A stretch of 64,000 bases of DNA from an archaeon (GCA_043814055.1 JBDRKL010000009.1:13141-77140), one strand, 5' to 3'; shown: positions 8,175 through 16,326, counted from the first letter of the stretch. The notes: generated by a model not told the origin, from the sequence alone. Translations and numbers: made by a program.

Positions 8175-11100
8175 ATGAATGGGAAAATTTGGATGTTTGT
8201 GGTACTATTTCTTCTCAGCGGAATTTCAGGGGGTTTTGCTGAAGGCGTAATTGAAACGGCTGCTGCGCCAGTTGTAACAGTCTGCCCGAGCGGTTGTGAT
8301 TTTACTACGCTACAGGTAGCGGTTGATGCGGTTTCAGAAGGTGGGAAGGTTGAGGTTAGCAGCGGAGTTTACGTGGAGAATATTAGCATTACAAAGGGCA
8401 TAAACATTACTGGAACGTTCTTGCCAAGTATCACAGGAGGTTTCAACATAAATGCGAACAACACCATTATCCAGGGGTTCAGCATTTCACAGGGAACTGC
8501 CTCGGGAACCTTCTGGCCGCCAAATACACTCAGCCCTGGCATTTCCCACGCTGGCATAATCGTTGAGGGCGACAATATCACTATTCACAGCAACAGCATC
8601 TCAAGTATACAAGGGACTGGCGGTGCGTCTGATTGCAACAACAACTTTGTTGGCGGCGGAGTAGGCGGAGAGGCATTCGGAATAAAAGTAAAGAACTCCA
8701 ATAATGTTACAATCACCTCAAATTATATCATATCCATAACAGGCGGCAACGGCGGGATTACTTCTGCCGGCGGCGGCACAGGAGGAATGGCATCTGGCAT
8801 ATACCTTGATTCAGCCAGCGGGGTTGTGCAGGAGAATACACTAGTAGGCCTGACTGGAGGCCCTGGCGGGTCAGGAGGGGCTTGCTACAGCCACGCTGGA
8901 GGCGGCACAGGAGCAATCGCCACGGGCATATACACTATTAATTCACCAAACGTCAACGTCTCCTTAAATGATTTGAAAAATGTGAAGGGCGGTCCTGCGG
9001 GTCTTGGGGGAAATTATAATACCGGAGGAGGCTCAGGCGGGAAAGGCGCTGGTATTCATGTAAAATCTTCCAGCGAGCCCATCGCATTGTCAAATAGTGT
9101 TGAGAACTGTAGTGGCGGGGCGGGGCGCTGTGGAACGATTTATTGCGGAGCGGATGGCATCGGCGCCGGGCTTCTGGTTGAGGGGTCTAGCAATGGAGTG
9201 TTCCATTCAAACAACTTCACGTTAAGTGAGTATGGCGCGAGATTGGAGTCTGCTACTGGGAATATCCTCCACTGGAATAACTTCACTTCAAATACAGTGA
9301 ACGCGTGGGACAATGGAGTTAATCACTGGAACAGCAGTTACGAGGTTGGCGGGAACTACTGGGACGATTACGCGGGCGCTGACGATGGTTCTGGGGAGCC
9401 GCCGTACCACCAAGCAGGAGACGGCATTGGGGACACACTCATACCTTATAACTCATCAGGCAACATAACCAAAGGAGGAGACTACCTGCCATTGCTTGGA
9501 GGAAATCGGCCGCCGGTGATAAATAACATGTACAAAGCTCCGGCAAACCCTGCGCTTGGCAACACTTATTGGACAGTTGCCGAGATAGTGGACCCTGAGG
9601 GGGACGCCATAAATCTGGCTCAGTTTGCTCTGGTCAACCCGAGCGAAGTAACTGTGCTGAACAGCACGCAAAGCACAAACTGGAACACTAACACATGGAA
9701 TTCCACTAGCCACCAGCTCAATGCAGGCGGGACGTGGAAAGTCTATGTGTACGCCAGATCGGACGGGAACTCCAAGATCATCACAAAAACATTCAACTTC
9801 TCGATTGCAGGGGACGCCACCATAAGCCCAATGTCCCGCAATGTAACAGATATGCACCTCGGCAGCTATGAGGTGTTTGAACTGAATATTTCACACAGCT
9901 CCGCAGAGAGCCTGCAGTATGATTTGAGCACAAACCTGAACAGCACCTGGTTTGATGTAAAATTTGACCAGAATCCGGTGACTGTTCCTGGCAGCAACAA
10001 CATTAAAACAGTCGAGGTCAATATAAGCAATAAATACGGAACGCCACTCCAGTCATACACAGGGAATATAACAATAAACAGGACATTGGACGGCTTAATC
10101 CAACCCCTTTCGCTTAATTATACCATAACTGACACTGCTCCAACAATAGACTCAATATCGCCAATGGATATAGATGTGAACGAGGGTGAAACAGCTTACA
10201 TAACACCGGAAGTATCAGATCCTGACGGCGACCCAGTAATGATTACAGTTATCAATAATAATACCAACTTCACAAAAAACGGCAACAAATGGGAATGGCA
10301 AACCAGTATAGGCAATATGGGCAATTATAACATCACTATAATAGCAAATGACTCTGTCTTAACAGACATATTAAAAGTCAATATAATTGTGAACAAAACC
10401 CAAACCGCACCTATCATTACAATCCTCTCGCCAATAAATAACACCAATTACAACACCACAGAAATTGACCTGAACTGGAGCGTGAATCAGGAGCTGGACT
10501 GGGCTGCATTCTCGCTCAACGGAGCAGAAAACAACACTTCAATCTATGATGGCGGGCAGAAGAACGTGACGCTTTACCCTCTGGAGGGACTGAACCAAAT
10601 CATACTTTACGCCAACAACAGCTACGGGAATATGAGCAGCAGTAGCGCAGAGTTCCGAATTGACAGGACCGGTCCGAGCATAACTAAAGTGACACGGCCT
10701 GACACTGCAAGACCGGGAATTAGCTACAACATAACAGCGACCATAGAGGATGCCACTACAAATGTTTCAGGAGTTAATTTAACAATAAGGAATGAGAATG
10801 GCAATAACACAACCGCAGCTATAGTCAATACAGAGAACACTATGCAGTGGCAGTACGAATTCAACGGAAGCAATACAACCAACGGGGATAAATATTATTT
10901 CGGGATAACCGCTGTCGACGCACTTGGCAACAAAAACGTTCACGAGGACAATTTTATTGTAGAAACATATGTTGAACCACCACCAGATCCGAGTGGAGGT
11001 CCTAGCGGCGGAGGACCAAGCAGCACGCCAAAAGAAATCTGCGACGATGGCAAGGACAATGACGGGGACAAAGACATTGACTGCGCGGACTCTAACTGCT

Positions 11101-11672
11101 TGCTAGATGATGCCTGTGCTGTGAAGCTTGAAGAGCCGGTAAGCGCTCCAATCCCGCCGCCACCAGAAACCGTGAAGCCGGCGCAGGAAACGCAGCAGGC
11201 GCCCACCGGGCTTTCAATATATCAAAGAATGAAAAATCCGCTTCTCGCAGTTTTGCTTGGATGCCTGGTTATAGCAGCCCTGGTTGGGTACTCAATGCGA
11301 GAAAGAGAAATTGTGTATATTCCAAAAGAGACACAAGTTCAAGTTAAGCCAAAAGTTGAACCAGCACCAGTCCAGGCACCTGTTGAAAAACCAACCTTGG
11401 TTGAAAAGCGAATTGAGCTCCCAGAACACTCAAGCTCAATTATGCAGGGGCTCTCCCTGCGCGAGCAGGAAATCATGAACTCGTTGATTGAGCACGGCGG
11501 CGAAACTACCCAGGCAAGAATTTATCACCACACCGGCTTGAGCACAAGCGCACTGTCCCGCTGGGTAAACGCGCTTGAGCAAAAAGGACTTATTGAGAGC
11601 CATTACGTGGGAAAGTTAAGAAAGGTGAAGCTGGGTAAAAAGTTTATTGAAAATGGGAAGAGCGGGGTTTGA
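8175..11672 (+). CDS. Giant surface protein (beta-helix plus Ig-like domains) with a C-terminal TM and a cytoplasmic MarR/TrmB-like winged helix
   Basis: Signal peptide; PbH1-like coils with GGxGG turns; Ig-like modules; CDDGKDNDGDKDIDCADSNC motif; TM LLAVLLGCLVIAALVGYSM; then LSLREQEIMNSLIEHGGETTQARIYHHTGLSTSALSRWVNALEQKGLIESHYVGKLRKVKL. Confidence 0.75.
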   Translation: MNGKIWMFVVLFLLSGISGGFAEGVIETAAAPVVTVCPSGCDFTTLQVAVDAVSEGGKVEVSSGVYVENISITKGINITGTFLPSITGGFNINANNTIIQGFSISQGTASGTFWPPNTLSPGISHAGIIVEGDNITIHSNSISSIQGTGGASDCNNNFVGGGVGGEAFGIKVKNSNNVTITSNYIISITGGNGGITSAGGGTGGMASGIYLDSASGVVQENTLVGLTGGPGGSGGACYSHAGGGTGAIATGIYTINSPNVNVSLNDLKNVKGGPAGLGGNYNTGGGSGGKGAGIHVKSSSEPIALSNSVENCSGGAGRCGTIYCGADGIGAGLLVEGSSNGVFHSNNFTLSEYGARLESATGNILHWNNFTSNTVNAWDNGVNHWNSSYEVGGNYWDDYAGADDGSGEPPYHQAGDGIGDTLIPYNSSGNITKGGDYLPLLGGNRPPVINNMYKAPANPALGNTYWTVAEIVDPEGDAINLAQFALVNPSEVTVLNSTQSTNWNTNTWNSTSHQLNAGGTWKVYVYARSDGNSKIITKTFNFSIAGDATISPMSRNVTDMHLGSYEVFELNISHSSAESLQYDLSTNLNSTWFDVKFDQNPVTVPGSNNIKTVEVNISNKYGTPLQSYTGNITINRTLDGLIQPLSLNYTITDTAPTIDSISPMDIDVNEGETAYITPEVSDPDGDPVMITVINNNTNFTKNGNKWEWQTSIGNMGNYNITIIANDSVLTDILKVNIIVNKTQTAPIITILSPINNTNYNTTEIDLNWSVNQELDWAAFSLNGAENNTSIYDGGQKNVTLYPLEGLNQIILYANNSYGNMSSSSAEFRIDRTGPSITKVTRPDTARPGISYNITATIEDATTNVSGVNLTIRNENGNNTTAAIVNTENTMQWQYEFNGSNTTNGDKYYFGITAVDALGNKNVHEDNFIVETYVEPPPDPSGGPSGGGPSSTPKEICDDGKDNDGDKDIDCADSNCLLDDACAVKLEEPVSAPIPPPPETVKPAQETQQAPTGLSIYQRMKNPLLAVLLGCLVIAALVGYSMREREIVYIPKETQVQVKPKVEPAPVQAPVEKPTLVEKRIELPEHSSSIMQGLSLREQEIMNSLIEHGGETTQARIYHHTGLSTSALSRWVNALEQKGLIESHYVGKLRKVKLGKKFIENGKSGV

Positions 11673-11787
11673 GAAAACTGGGAAGGAGGAACTTCTAGTT
11701 ATTGATTTCCACCACATCCTTCCCACCCCTTTTCCCGCCGAGTTTTAATATAAGTTCCCAGTCGCAGTTGTTCCTGAGGTGATATGA

Positions 11788-12171
11788 ATGGATGAAATCG
11801 TTCACTACATGCAGAAACTCGGATTGAACCTTTACCAGAGCAGGGCAATGGTTGTTCTGCTCGCAACAGGCGAGGCAGAAGCGAAGCAGATATGCGAGTG
11901 CTCAGGAGTTCCGTACACCAAGATATACCAAATATTGAAACAGCTGGAAGACAAAGGACTGATTGAGTATAAACTCAACAGCCCGAGGACTTACAAGCCG
12001 CGCGGGAGAAAAGCCGTGCTGAACAAGCTCGTGAGAAAAGAGGCAAGGCGCGTGACATATTTGGAGAATGAAAAAGAGCGCCAACTTCAAAAGATAGGAA
12101 GGCTTAAGCTTGGGGCAACAAAAGGAATTGAGCAAGTACACCCAGTGTTTAATTCAGAACCAGGATTCTAG
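11788..12171 (+). CDS. TrmB-like wHTH transcriptional regulator
   Basis: MQKLGLNLYQSRAMVVLLATGEAEAKQICECSGVPYTKIYQILKQLEDKGLIEY matches the TrmB N-terminal domain pattern. Confidence 0.65.
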   Translation: MDEIVHYMQKLGLNLYQSRAMVVLLATGEAEAKQICECSGVPYTKIYQILKQLEDKGLIEYKLNSPRTYKPRGRKAVLNKLVRKEARRVTYLENEKERQLQKIGRLKLGATKGIEQVHPVFNSEPGF

Positions 12172-13667
12172 AAAACCTTGCTCAGGAACCACTCAGCATC
12201 AAATGACTTCATGTCCGCGTAGCCCTGCCCAGTGCCGAAGTAGAGGATTGGAGCGTCTGTAACGTATGAGACCGAAATGCACGAGCCGCCCTTTGGGTCG
12301 CAGTCAACCTTTGTTAAGACCGAGCCGTCTATTCCGACTGCCTCGTGGAATGCCTTTGCCTGGTCTGCTGCGTCGTTTCCTGTGAGAGCGTCGCCAACGA
12401 AGATTTTGAGGTCAGGCTTGTTAACGCGCACGACCTTCTTGAGCTCGTCCATTAGGTTTATGTTGGTTCCTGAGCGGCCTGCGGTGTCTGCGAGAACGAC
12501 GTCAATCTTTCTTGCCTTTGCGTGCGCTATCGCGTCGTAAATCACAGCTGCTGAGTCAGAGCCGCGCACCTGCTTGATGATTGGAACATTAAGGTTCTTT
12601 GCGTGAACGTCTAGCTGCTCAATTGCCGCGGCGCGGAACGTGTCCCCTGCCGCCATAACAACTGAAAGCCCAGCGTCCTGGAGCATTTTCGCGAACTTGC
12701 CTATGGTCATTGTCTTGCCAGTGCCGTTGAAGCCGAAAAAGACAATCACATAGGGTTTGTCCTTCTTGGCCTTGATGAGCTTGATTATGTCCGGCTGCTC
12801 CTTGGTGAGTATTTTTTGCAGCGAGTCCTTGATTGCAGATTCAATCATTTGCTCAGGGCTCTTGCTTGAGGTCTCCTCTTCCATCAGGCGCGCCTTGGTT
12901 TCGGCGGTTATTGCCTCTGTGACTTCTTTTGCAATGTCGTTCTCAAGCAGGAGTAGTTCAAGCTCCCAGAGTATTTTATCAAGATTTTTCTCTGAGATTT
13001 TTTTGCGGGTGATGGAAAGAAAACGCTTTTTTGGCTTTTCAGGTTCTTTATCAGGCTCTTTTGGCTTCCTGAATCTTCCGAAGAAACCTTTCTTTTTTGG
13101 TTCTCCGCCTGCTCGCGGAGGTAGAGCGGAGGCATTCGCCCCTGGCGAAGCCTCTATCTTGGTTTCTTCTTTTACTTCGGGTTCAATTTCAGGTTCTGGA
13201 GTTGGTTCCTCTTCAACAATTGGTTCTGGCTCGGGTTCTTCTTCAGATTCCTCCTCTACCTCTGGTTCAGGCTCATCCTCAATTTCAGGTTCAGGCTTGG
13301 ACTCCGACTCGGATTCAGGTTCAGCAACTGGCTCTAGCTCTTCAGGTTTTTCAGGTTCTGGCTCAAGCTCGACCTTAACTTCAGGCTTGGGTTCTTCAAC
13401 CACCAGCTCAAGTTCCGGCTCAACCTGCCCCGGCTCAAGCTCGGCTTCAACCTCTTTTAGAATTTCGTCTTCAACCGCAGCCGCCTTTTTCTTTTCTTTC
13501 TTCGACTTCGTTTCCTTCTTCTTGGCTATTGGCGGTTGGCTCTTGGCTTTTGGCGCTTTAGGAACTTCCTCAACAACTTCGTCTACTGGCTCCTTTACCT
13601 CAACCTCAACTTCAGCTGAGGCCTTGGACAAAAAGCCCTTGAGCTTCTTCTTGAGATTTTCAAACAT
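12168..13667 (-). CDS. ftsY: SRP receptor FtsY with an N-terminal extension of about 200 aa rich in acidic Glu/Pro
   Basis: GFNGTGKTMT (G1), DTAGR, TKVD motifs in an NG domain. The N-terminal E/P/K low-complexity region contains repeat copy A. Confidence 0.9.
   Translation of the reverse strand: MFENLKKKLKGFLSKASAEVEVEVKEPVDEVVEEVPKAPKAKSQPPIAKKKETKSKKEKKKAAAVEDEILKEVEAELEPGQVEPELELVVEEPKPEVKVELEPEPEKPEELEPVAEPESESESKPEPEIEDEPEPEVEEESEEEPEPEPIVEEEPTPEPEIEPEVKEETKIEASPGANASALPPRAGGEPKKKGFFGRFRKPKEPDKEPEKPKKRFLSITRKKISEKNLDKILWELELLLLENDIAKEVTEAITAETKARLMEEETSSKSPEQMIESAIKDSLQKILTKEQPDIIKLIKAKKDKPYVIVFFGFNGTGKTMTIGKFAKMLQDAGLSVVMAAGDTFRAAAIEQLDVHAKNLNVPIIKQVRGSDSAAVIYDAIAHAKARKIDVVLADTAGRSGTNINLMDELKKVVRVNKPDLKIFVGDALTGNDAADQAKAFHEAVGIDGSVLTKVDCDPKGGSCISVSYVTDAPILYFGTGQGYADMKSFDAEWFLSKVF
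13103..13152 (-). repeat. PE-1 copy A: 50-bp two-hairpin repeat, in-frame inside ftsY
   Basis: Minus strand reads ggcttcgccaggggcgaatgcctccgctctacctccgcgagcaggcggag. It matches copy B at 43/50 and copy C at 42/50. It encodes PGANASALPPRAGGE. Confidence 0.8.
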
Positions 13668-13697
13668 AGAATATGATTAGAACTCAGGCGTTAATAA

Positions 13698-14120
13698 CTA
13701 TTTCTTCTTCGCCTGCATCGTCTGTAGGTATGCCTGAAGCTCCGGCTCAAGCGCGCCAAGGCGCTCGCCCATCTTCTTTATCTGCCCCTCAAGCTTTGCC
13801 CTGCCGTCTGTAAGTGTCTCCAGCTGCGTTCCGATTGACTCCACAGCGTCGCTGACCTTTTTCTCAACCACAACACCAGCGCCGACGCCAGTTAAAACAT
13901 AGCCCTTGTCCTTGAGGTCTGCCATAACAAATGAGTTGCCGCCAAGCGGCACCATAATCTCAGAGTCCTTTGCGCCCTTCAGGCTCTCTATGGTGTTCTT
14001 CGCAGCCAGAAGCTCCATCTCGACTCCGCCCATCGCGTTTAGTTCCTGAATAAGACTTTCGATTTGGGTTTTTAAAATAGTGTATTCAGCGTACTTTTGT
14101 TGGAATTCTTCTTCCTTCAT
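13698..14120 (-). CDS. pfdA: Prefoldin alpha subunit
   Basis: 140 aa, coiled coil / beta hairpins / coiled coil, in the canonical position between rplX and ftsY. Confidence 0.8.
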   Translation of the reverse strand: MKEEEFQQKYAEYTILKTQIESLIQELNAMGGVEMELLAAKNTIESLKGAKDSEIMVPLGGNSFVMADLKDKGYVLTGVGAGVVVEKKVSDAVESIGTQLETLTDGRAKLEGQIKKMGERLGALEPELQAYLQTMQAKKK

Positions 14121-14479
14121 TCTCCGGCTGCTCCCGGAGGGTGAGCGGAGGCATTCGCATCCGGCGAAGCCGCTTTATTATCTCCTTTTTCCTTAGGCGC
14201 ACCTTCGTGCGCTGCTTCTTTTTCCCTGACTGAGGTGCCTTCTGCTTTTAACATCCCTTTCTTTGCCTTTGCCGGCAGAACTTTCTTTGCTTCTGGCTTG
14301 AACTCCTCAACTTTCTCAATCTTTATTTGAGCTCGCTTTATCCCGTGATTTGAGCCAACCAATGAATAGACCTTGTCAAGCGCGCGTGCTTCTTTAAGTT
14401 CGGTAACTTCCTTGGTAAAAATCTGCTTATTTCCACGCTGTACAAAACTTCCTATGATTCTAAAATGTTTAACACTCAT
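14117..14479 (-). CDS. rplX: Ribosomal protein LX (L18Ae/L20A family) with a C-terminal extension
   Basis: MSVKHFRIIGSFVQRGNKQIFTKEVTELKEARALDKVYSLVGSNHGIKRAQIKIEKVEEF followed by a tail of about 45 aa. The last 17 codons are repeat copy B. Confidence 0.75.
   Translation of the reverse strand: MSVKHFRIIGSFVQRGNKQIFTKEVTELKEARALDKVYSLVGSNHGIKRAQIKIEKVEEFKPEAKKVLPAKAKKGMLKAEGTSVREKEAAHEGAPKEKGDNKAASPDANASAHPPGAAGE
14122..14171 (-). repeat. PE-1 copy B: forms the C-terminal codons of rplX
   Basis: Minus strand reads ggcttcgccggatgcgaatgcctccgctcaccctccgggagcagccggag. It encodes PDANASAHPPGAAGE and ends 2 nt before the rplX stop / pfdA start overlap. Confidence 0.8.
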
Positions 14480-14489
14480 TTTGAATTTT

Positions 14490-14555
14490 CCTCCACTTCA
14501 TCAGCTTTAAAATAAACACGAAGCTGATTGACCTGCGTTATTGCTTTGCGTCTCA
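14490..14555 (-). promoter_or_regulatory. E-element copy E1 (conserved leader cassette) upstream of rplX
   Basis: Sense strand: gagacgcaaagcaa-N15-CAGCTTcgtgtttattttAAAGCTG-atgaagtggaggaaaattcaaaATG. Confidence 0.6.
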
Positions 14556-14561
14556 TTATAT

Positions 14562-15101
14562 TTACCTGAGCTTGATCACTGCTCTGCCGTTTTCATCTTC
14601 GCCAATCACAACTCGAAGCTGATATGGCGGTTTCTTGCGGCCGCGCTCCCAGATTTTCTCGTTTACTTCCTTTGTGATTACGACTTTGTCCGCCTTGGTG
14701 TGCTTCTTTGCGAACGCCTTGAGCATAGAAATTGTGTATCGCGCTTTCTTGCCCCTTACTGCGTTATTCCTAAGCGGGATTGTGTAAAGGTGGTCAGTGC
14801 CCTTGAGCCTGGTTGGCTTGACATTCTTCGGCGCAGCCTTGGATTCCTTGAGCTCGCTGATGGTGTCCATTGCGCGCTCCACAACCGTGCCCTTCTTCTT
14901 TGGCTGCGGCTTTGCCTTTGCCTCTTTCTTATCCTTGACTGCTGGCTCTTCCTTTGAGGCAGCCTTTGGCTTAGCCTTCTCTTCTTCTGCCGCTGCAGAC
15001 TGACGCTTCGCGTCAGTTGCACGCTTGACTTCGTCAAGCTGTGCCTCTGCCTGAGCTTCTTTCAGAATTTCATCTTCTACACTTGCTTTATCTTTAGCCA
15101 T
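14562..15101 (-). CDS. rpl31e: Ribosomal protein L31e with an N-terminal Lys/Ala/Glu-rich extension of about 90 aa
   Basis: YTIPLRNNAVRGKKARYTISMLKAFAKKHTKADKVVITKEVNEKIWERGRKKPPYQLRV is the L31e core. Confidence 0.85.
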   Translation of the reverse strand: MAKDKASVEDEILKEAQAEAQLDEVKRATDAKRQSAAAEEEKAKPKAASKEEPAVKDKKEAKAKPQPKKKGTVVERAMDTISELKESKAAPKNVKPTRLKGTDHLYTIPLRNNAVRGKKARYTISMLKAFAKKHTKADKVVITKEVNEKIWERGRKKPPYQLRVVIGEDENGRAVIKLR

Positions 15102-15224
15102 TTCAAAGTCTCCTAATCTTCATCTGCTTTGAAACTTCGGACGCGGGGCGTCCGAGGCACACACACTTCGTGTGTGATGTGCAGACGAAGCTGAAATTAT
15201 TTAACATGCTTTGTCTCGTCATGA
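15102..15224 (-). promoter_or_regulatory. E-element copy E3 upstream of rpl31e, carrying a nested double-hairpin insertion
   Basis: The flanks match E1 (gacaaagca...tcagcttcgt / gtttcaaagcagatgaagattaggagactttgaaATG). The interior at 15138..15154 and 15160..15176 holds two perfect 7-bp hairpins. Confidence 0.6.
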
Positions 15225-15380
15225 TTATTCACCGATGTCTGACGCGCGCCAGTACCTTCTTTGTGGATGCGTCCTAACCTTGCGGTTGGTCTTCATTATC
15301 ACCCACAGTGGAACTATCCTGTTCTGTCGCCCTTTCTTGGCGAGGCGCGTTTTTGTTGATATGTGTTTTATTGAACTCAT
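15225..15380 (-). CDS. rpl39e: Ribosomal protein L39e (51 aa, below the track cutoff)
   Basis: [55 protein letters not shown] overlap with the upstream gene stop. Confidence 0.8.
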   Translation of the reverse strand: MSSIKHISTKTRLAKKGRQNRIVPLWVIMKTNRKVRTHPQRRYWRASDIGE

Positions 15381-15985
15381 TTTTTGTACCCTTTTACTAT
15401 TGTATGATAATGGTTCTCTGGGAATATATCCTTTTCCAAGCCATCTCCGCGAGCCCTGAGTGTGGCGCGTATCTCAGTTTCATACTCAGAAGTCGGTATA
15501 GAACCTGCCTGGACTGACTCTGTTAAGAAGATAGCGTCGGTTAAATACTTTATGGTCTTGTATGAAAGCCCGCAAAGAATTGGGCTGTATTCTATTTTGT
15601 GCCTGTCCTCCAGGGACTGCATTTCCGCAAGGGTTAGGCGCGGGGTTTTGTCATCCCGGCGCGTGCCATCGGTTATCAGCTTGTACGTGTCCTTATATTT
15701 TGCGCAAATTCCTTCCAAAGCGGCATGGTGTGCAATGTTTATCGCGTTGAGCGGGAACCCGTCCTTCTGCGCCTGGTCTGCTGCTTCCTCAATTGTTTTT
15801 GAATCAAGCGTGATTGGCTCAAATGGGAAACCGATTGACTCCGCTGCTTTCTGCGCGGTTTCAATGCACTCCGGCATTACCCCGAAGTTCGCCGTGACTA
15901 AAAGGACTTCGTATCCCCATTGCTTCAGGAAGTGCGCAACGAGCGAGGAGTCCTTGCCGCCTGAGTAGAGGACTATTGCTTTCAT
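15377..15985 (-). CDS. PP-loop ATP pyrophosphatase family protein (archaeal type of about 200 aa)
   Basis: [14 protein letters not shown] is a PP-loop (SGGxDS). The exact subfamily cannot be resolved by eye. Confidence 0.6.
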   Translation of the reverse strand: MKAIVLYSGGKDSSLVAHFLKQWGYEVLLVTANFGVMPECIETAQKAAESIGFPFEPITLDSKTIEEAADQAQKDGFPLNAINIAHHAALEGICAKYKDTYKLITDGTRRDDKTPRLTLAEMQSLEDRHKIEYSPILCGLSYKTIKYLTDAIFLTESVQAGSIPTSEYETEIRATLRARGDGLEKDIFPENHYHTIVKGYKK

Positions 15986-16317
15986 ACCCGCCTAATCTTA
16001 AACTCCCTATGCGTTTGACTTGAAACTGCACCCAGAACTATCTTGAGCTGCTCAAGAGTGATTTTGCCCTTGATTTGCCCGGATTCAACCGCTTTCACAA
16101 GAGTTATCGCAGCTGCGTAGGCGTTGTTCTCGTTGGCCATCCGCGCAGTGCTCCATTGCGCCCAGGCTTCCTGTGTCAAAATCTGCCTTAGAACCTGCTG
16201 AACTTGCTTCTTTGCATTTGTCTCAGCCTGGTGCATTTGAGCCTCTTGCTCCTGCTCCTGCTGGAGCTCAGCCATCTTACGCTGCCTAATTGCCTCAAGT
16301 TCTGCGTCGTCGTTCAT
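15982..16317 (-). CDS. PDCD5/TFAR19-like dsDNA-binding protein
   Basis: ELEAIRQRKMAELQQ...VLRQILTQEAWAQWSTARMANENNAYAAA... is typical of archaeal PDCD5 homologs. Confidence 0.7.
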   Translation of the reverse strand: MNDDAELEAIRQRKMAELQQEQEQEAQMHQAETNAKKQVQQVLRQILTQEAWAQWSTARMANENNAYAAAITLVKAVESGQIKGKITLEQLKIVLGAVSSQTHREFKIRRV

Positions 16318-16326
16318 GAGAATAAG

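Noticed and set aside
13157-13442. Periodic Glu/Pro-encoding repeats, together with the KEILKE repeats at 57690..57900, considered as a possible CRISPR-like or satellite array.
   Set aside because: The units are short, imperfect and lie inside long ORFs with a consistent reading frame. There is no repeat-spacer structure and no cas genes.
12757-13680. A 307-aa Ser/Gly-rich ORF on the plus strand.
   Set aside because: It is antisense to the well-supported ftsY gene. Its low-complexity translation is the mirror image of the Glu/Pro-rich coding repeat, so it is a shadow ORF.
14500-14527. The E-element hairpin interpreted as an ordinary BRE/TATA promoter (tttatttta).
   Set aside because: In copy E3 the TATA-like loop is replaced by a 50-nt GC-rich double hairpin, and in E4 it reads tgtgtggatttc, while the flanking stem and the downstream Shine-Dalgarno/start context are conserved. 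A purely promoter-based explanation does not fit all four copies, although promoter activity of some copies is not excluded.
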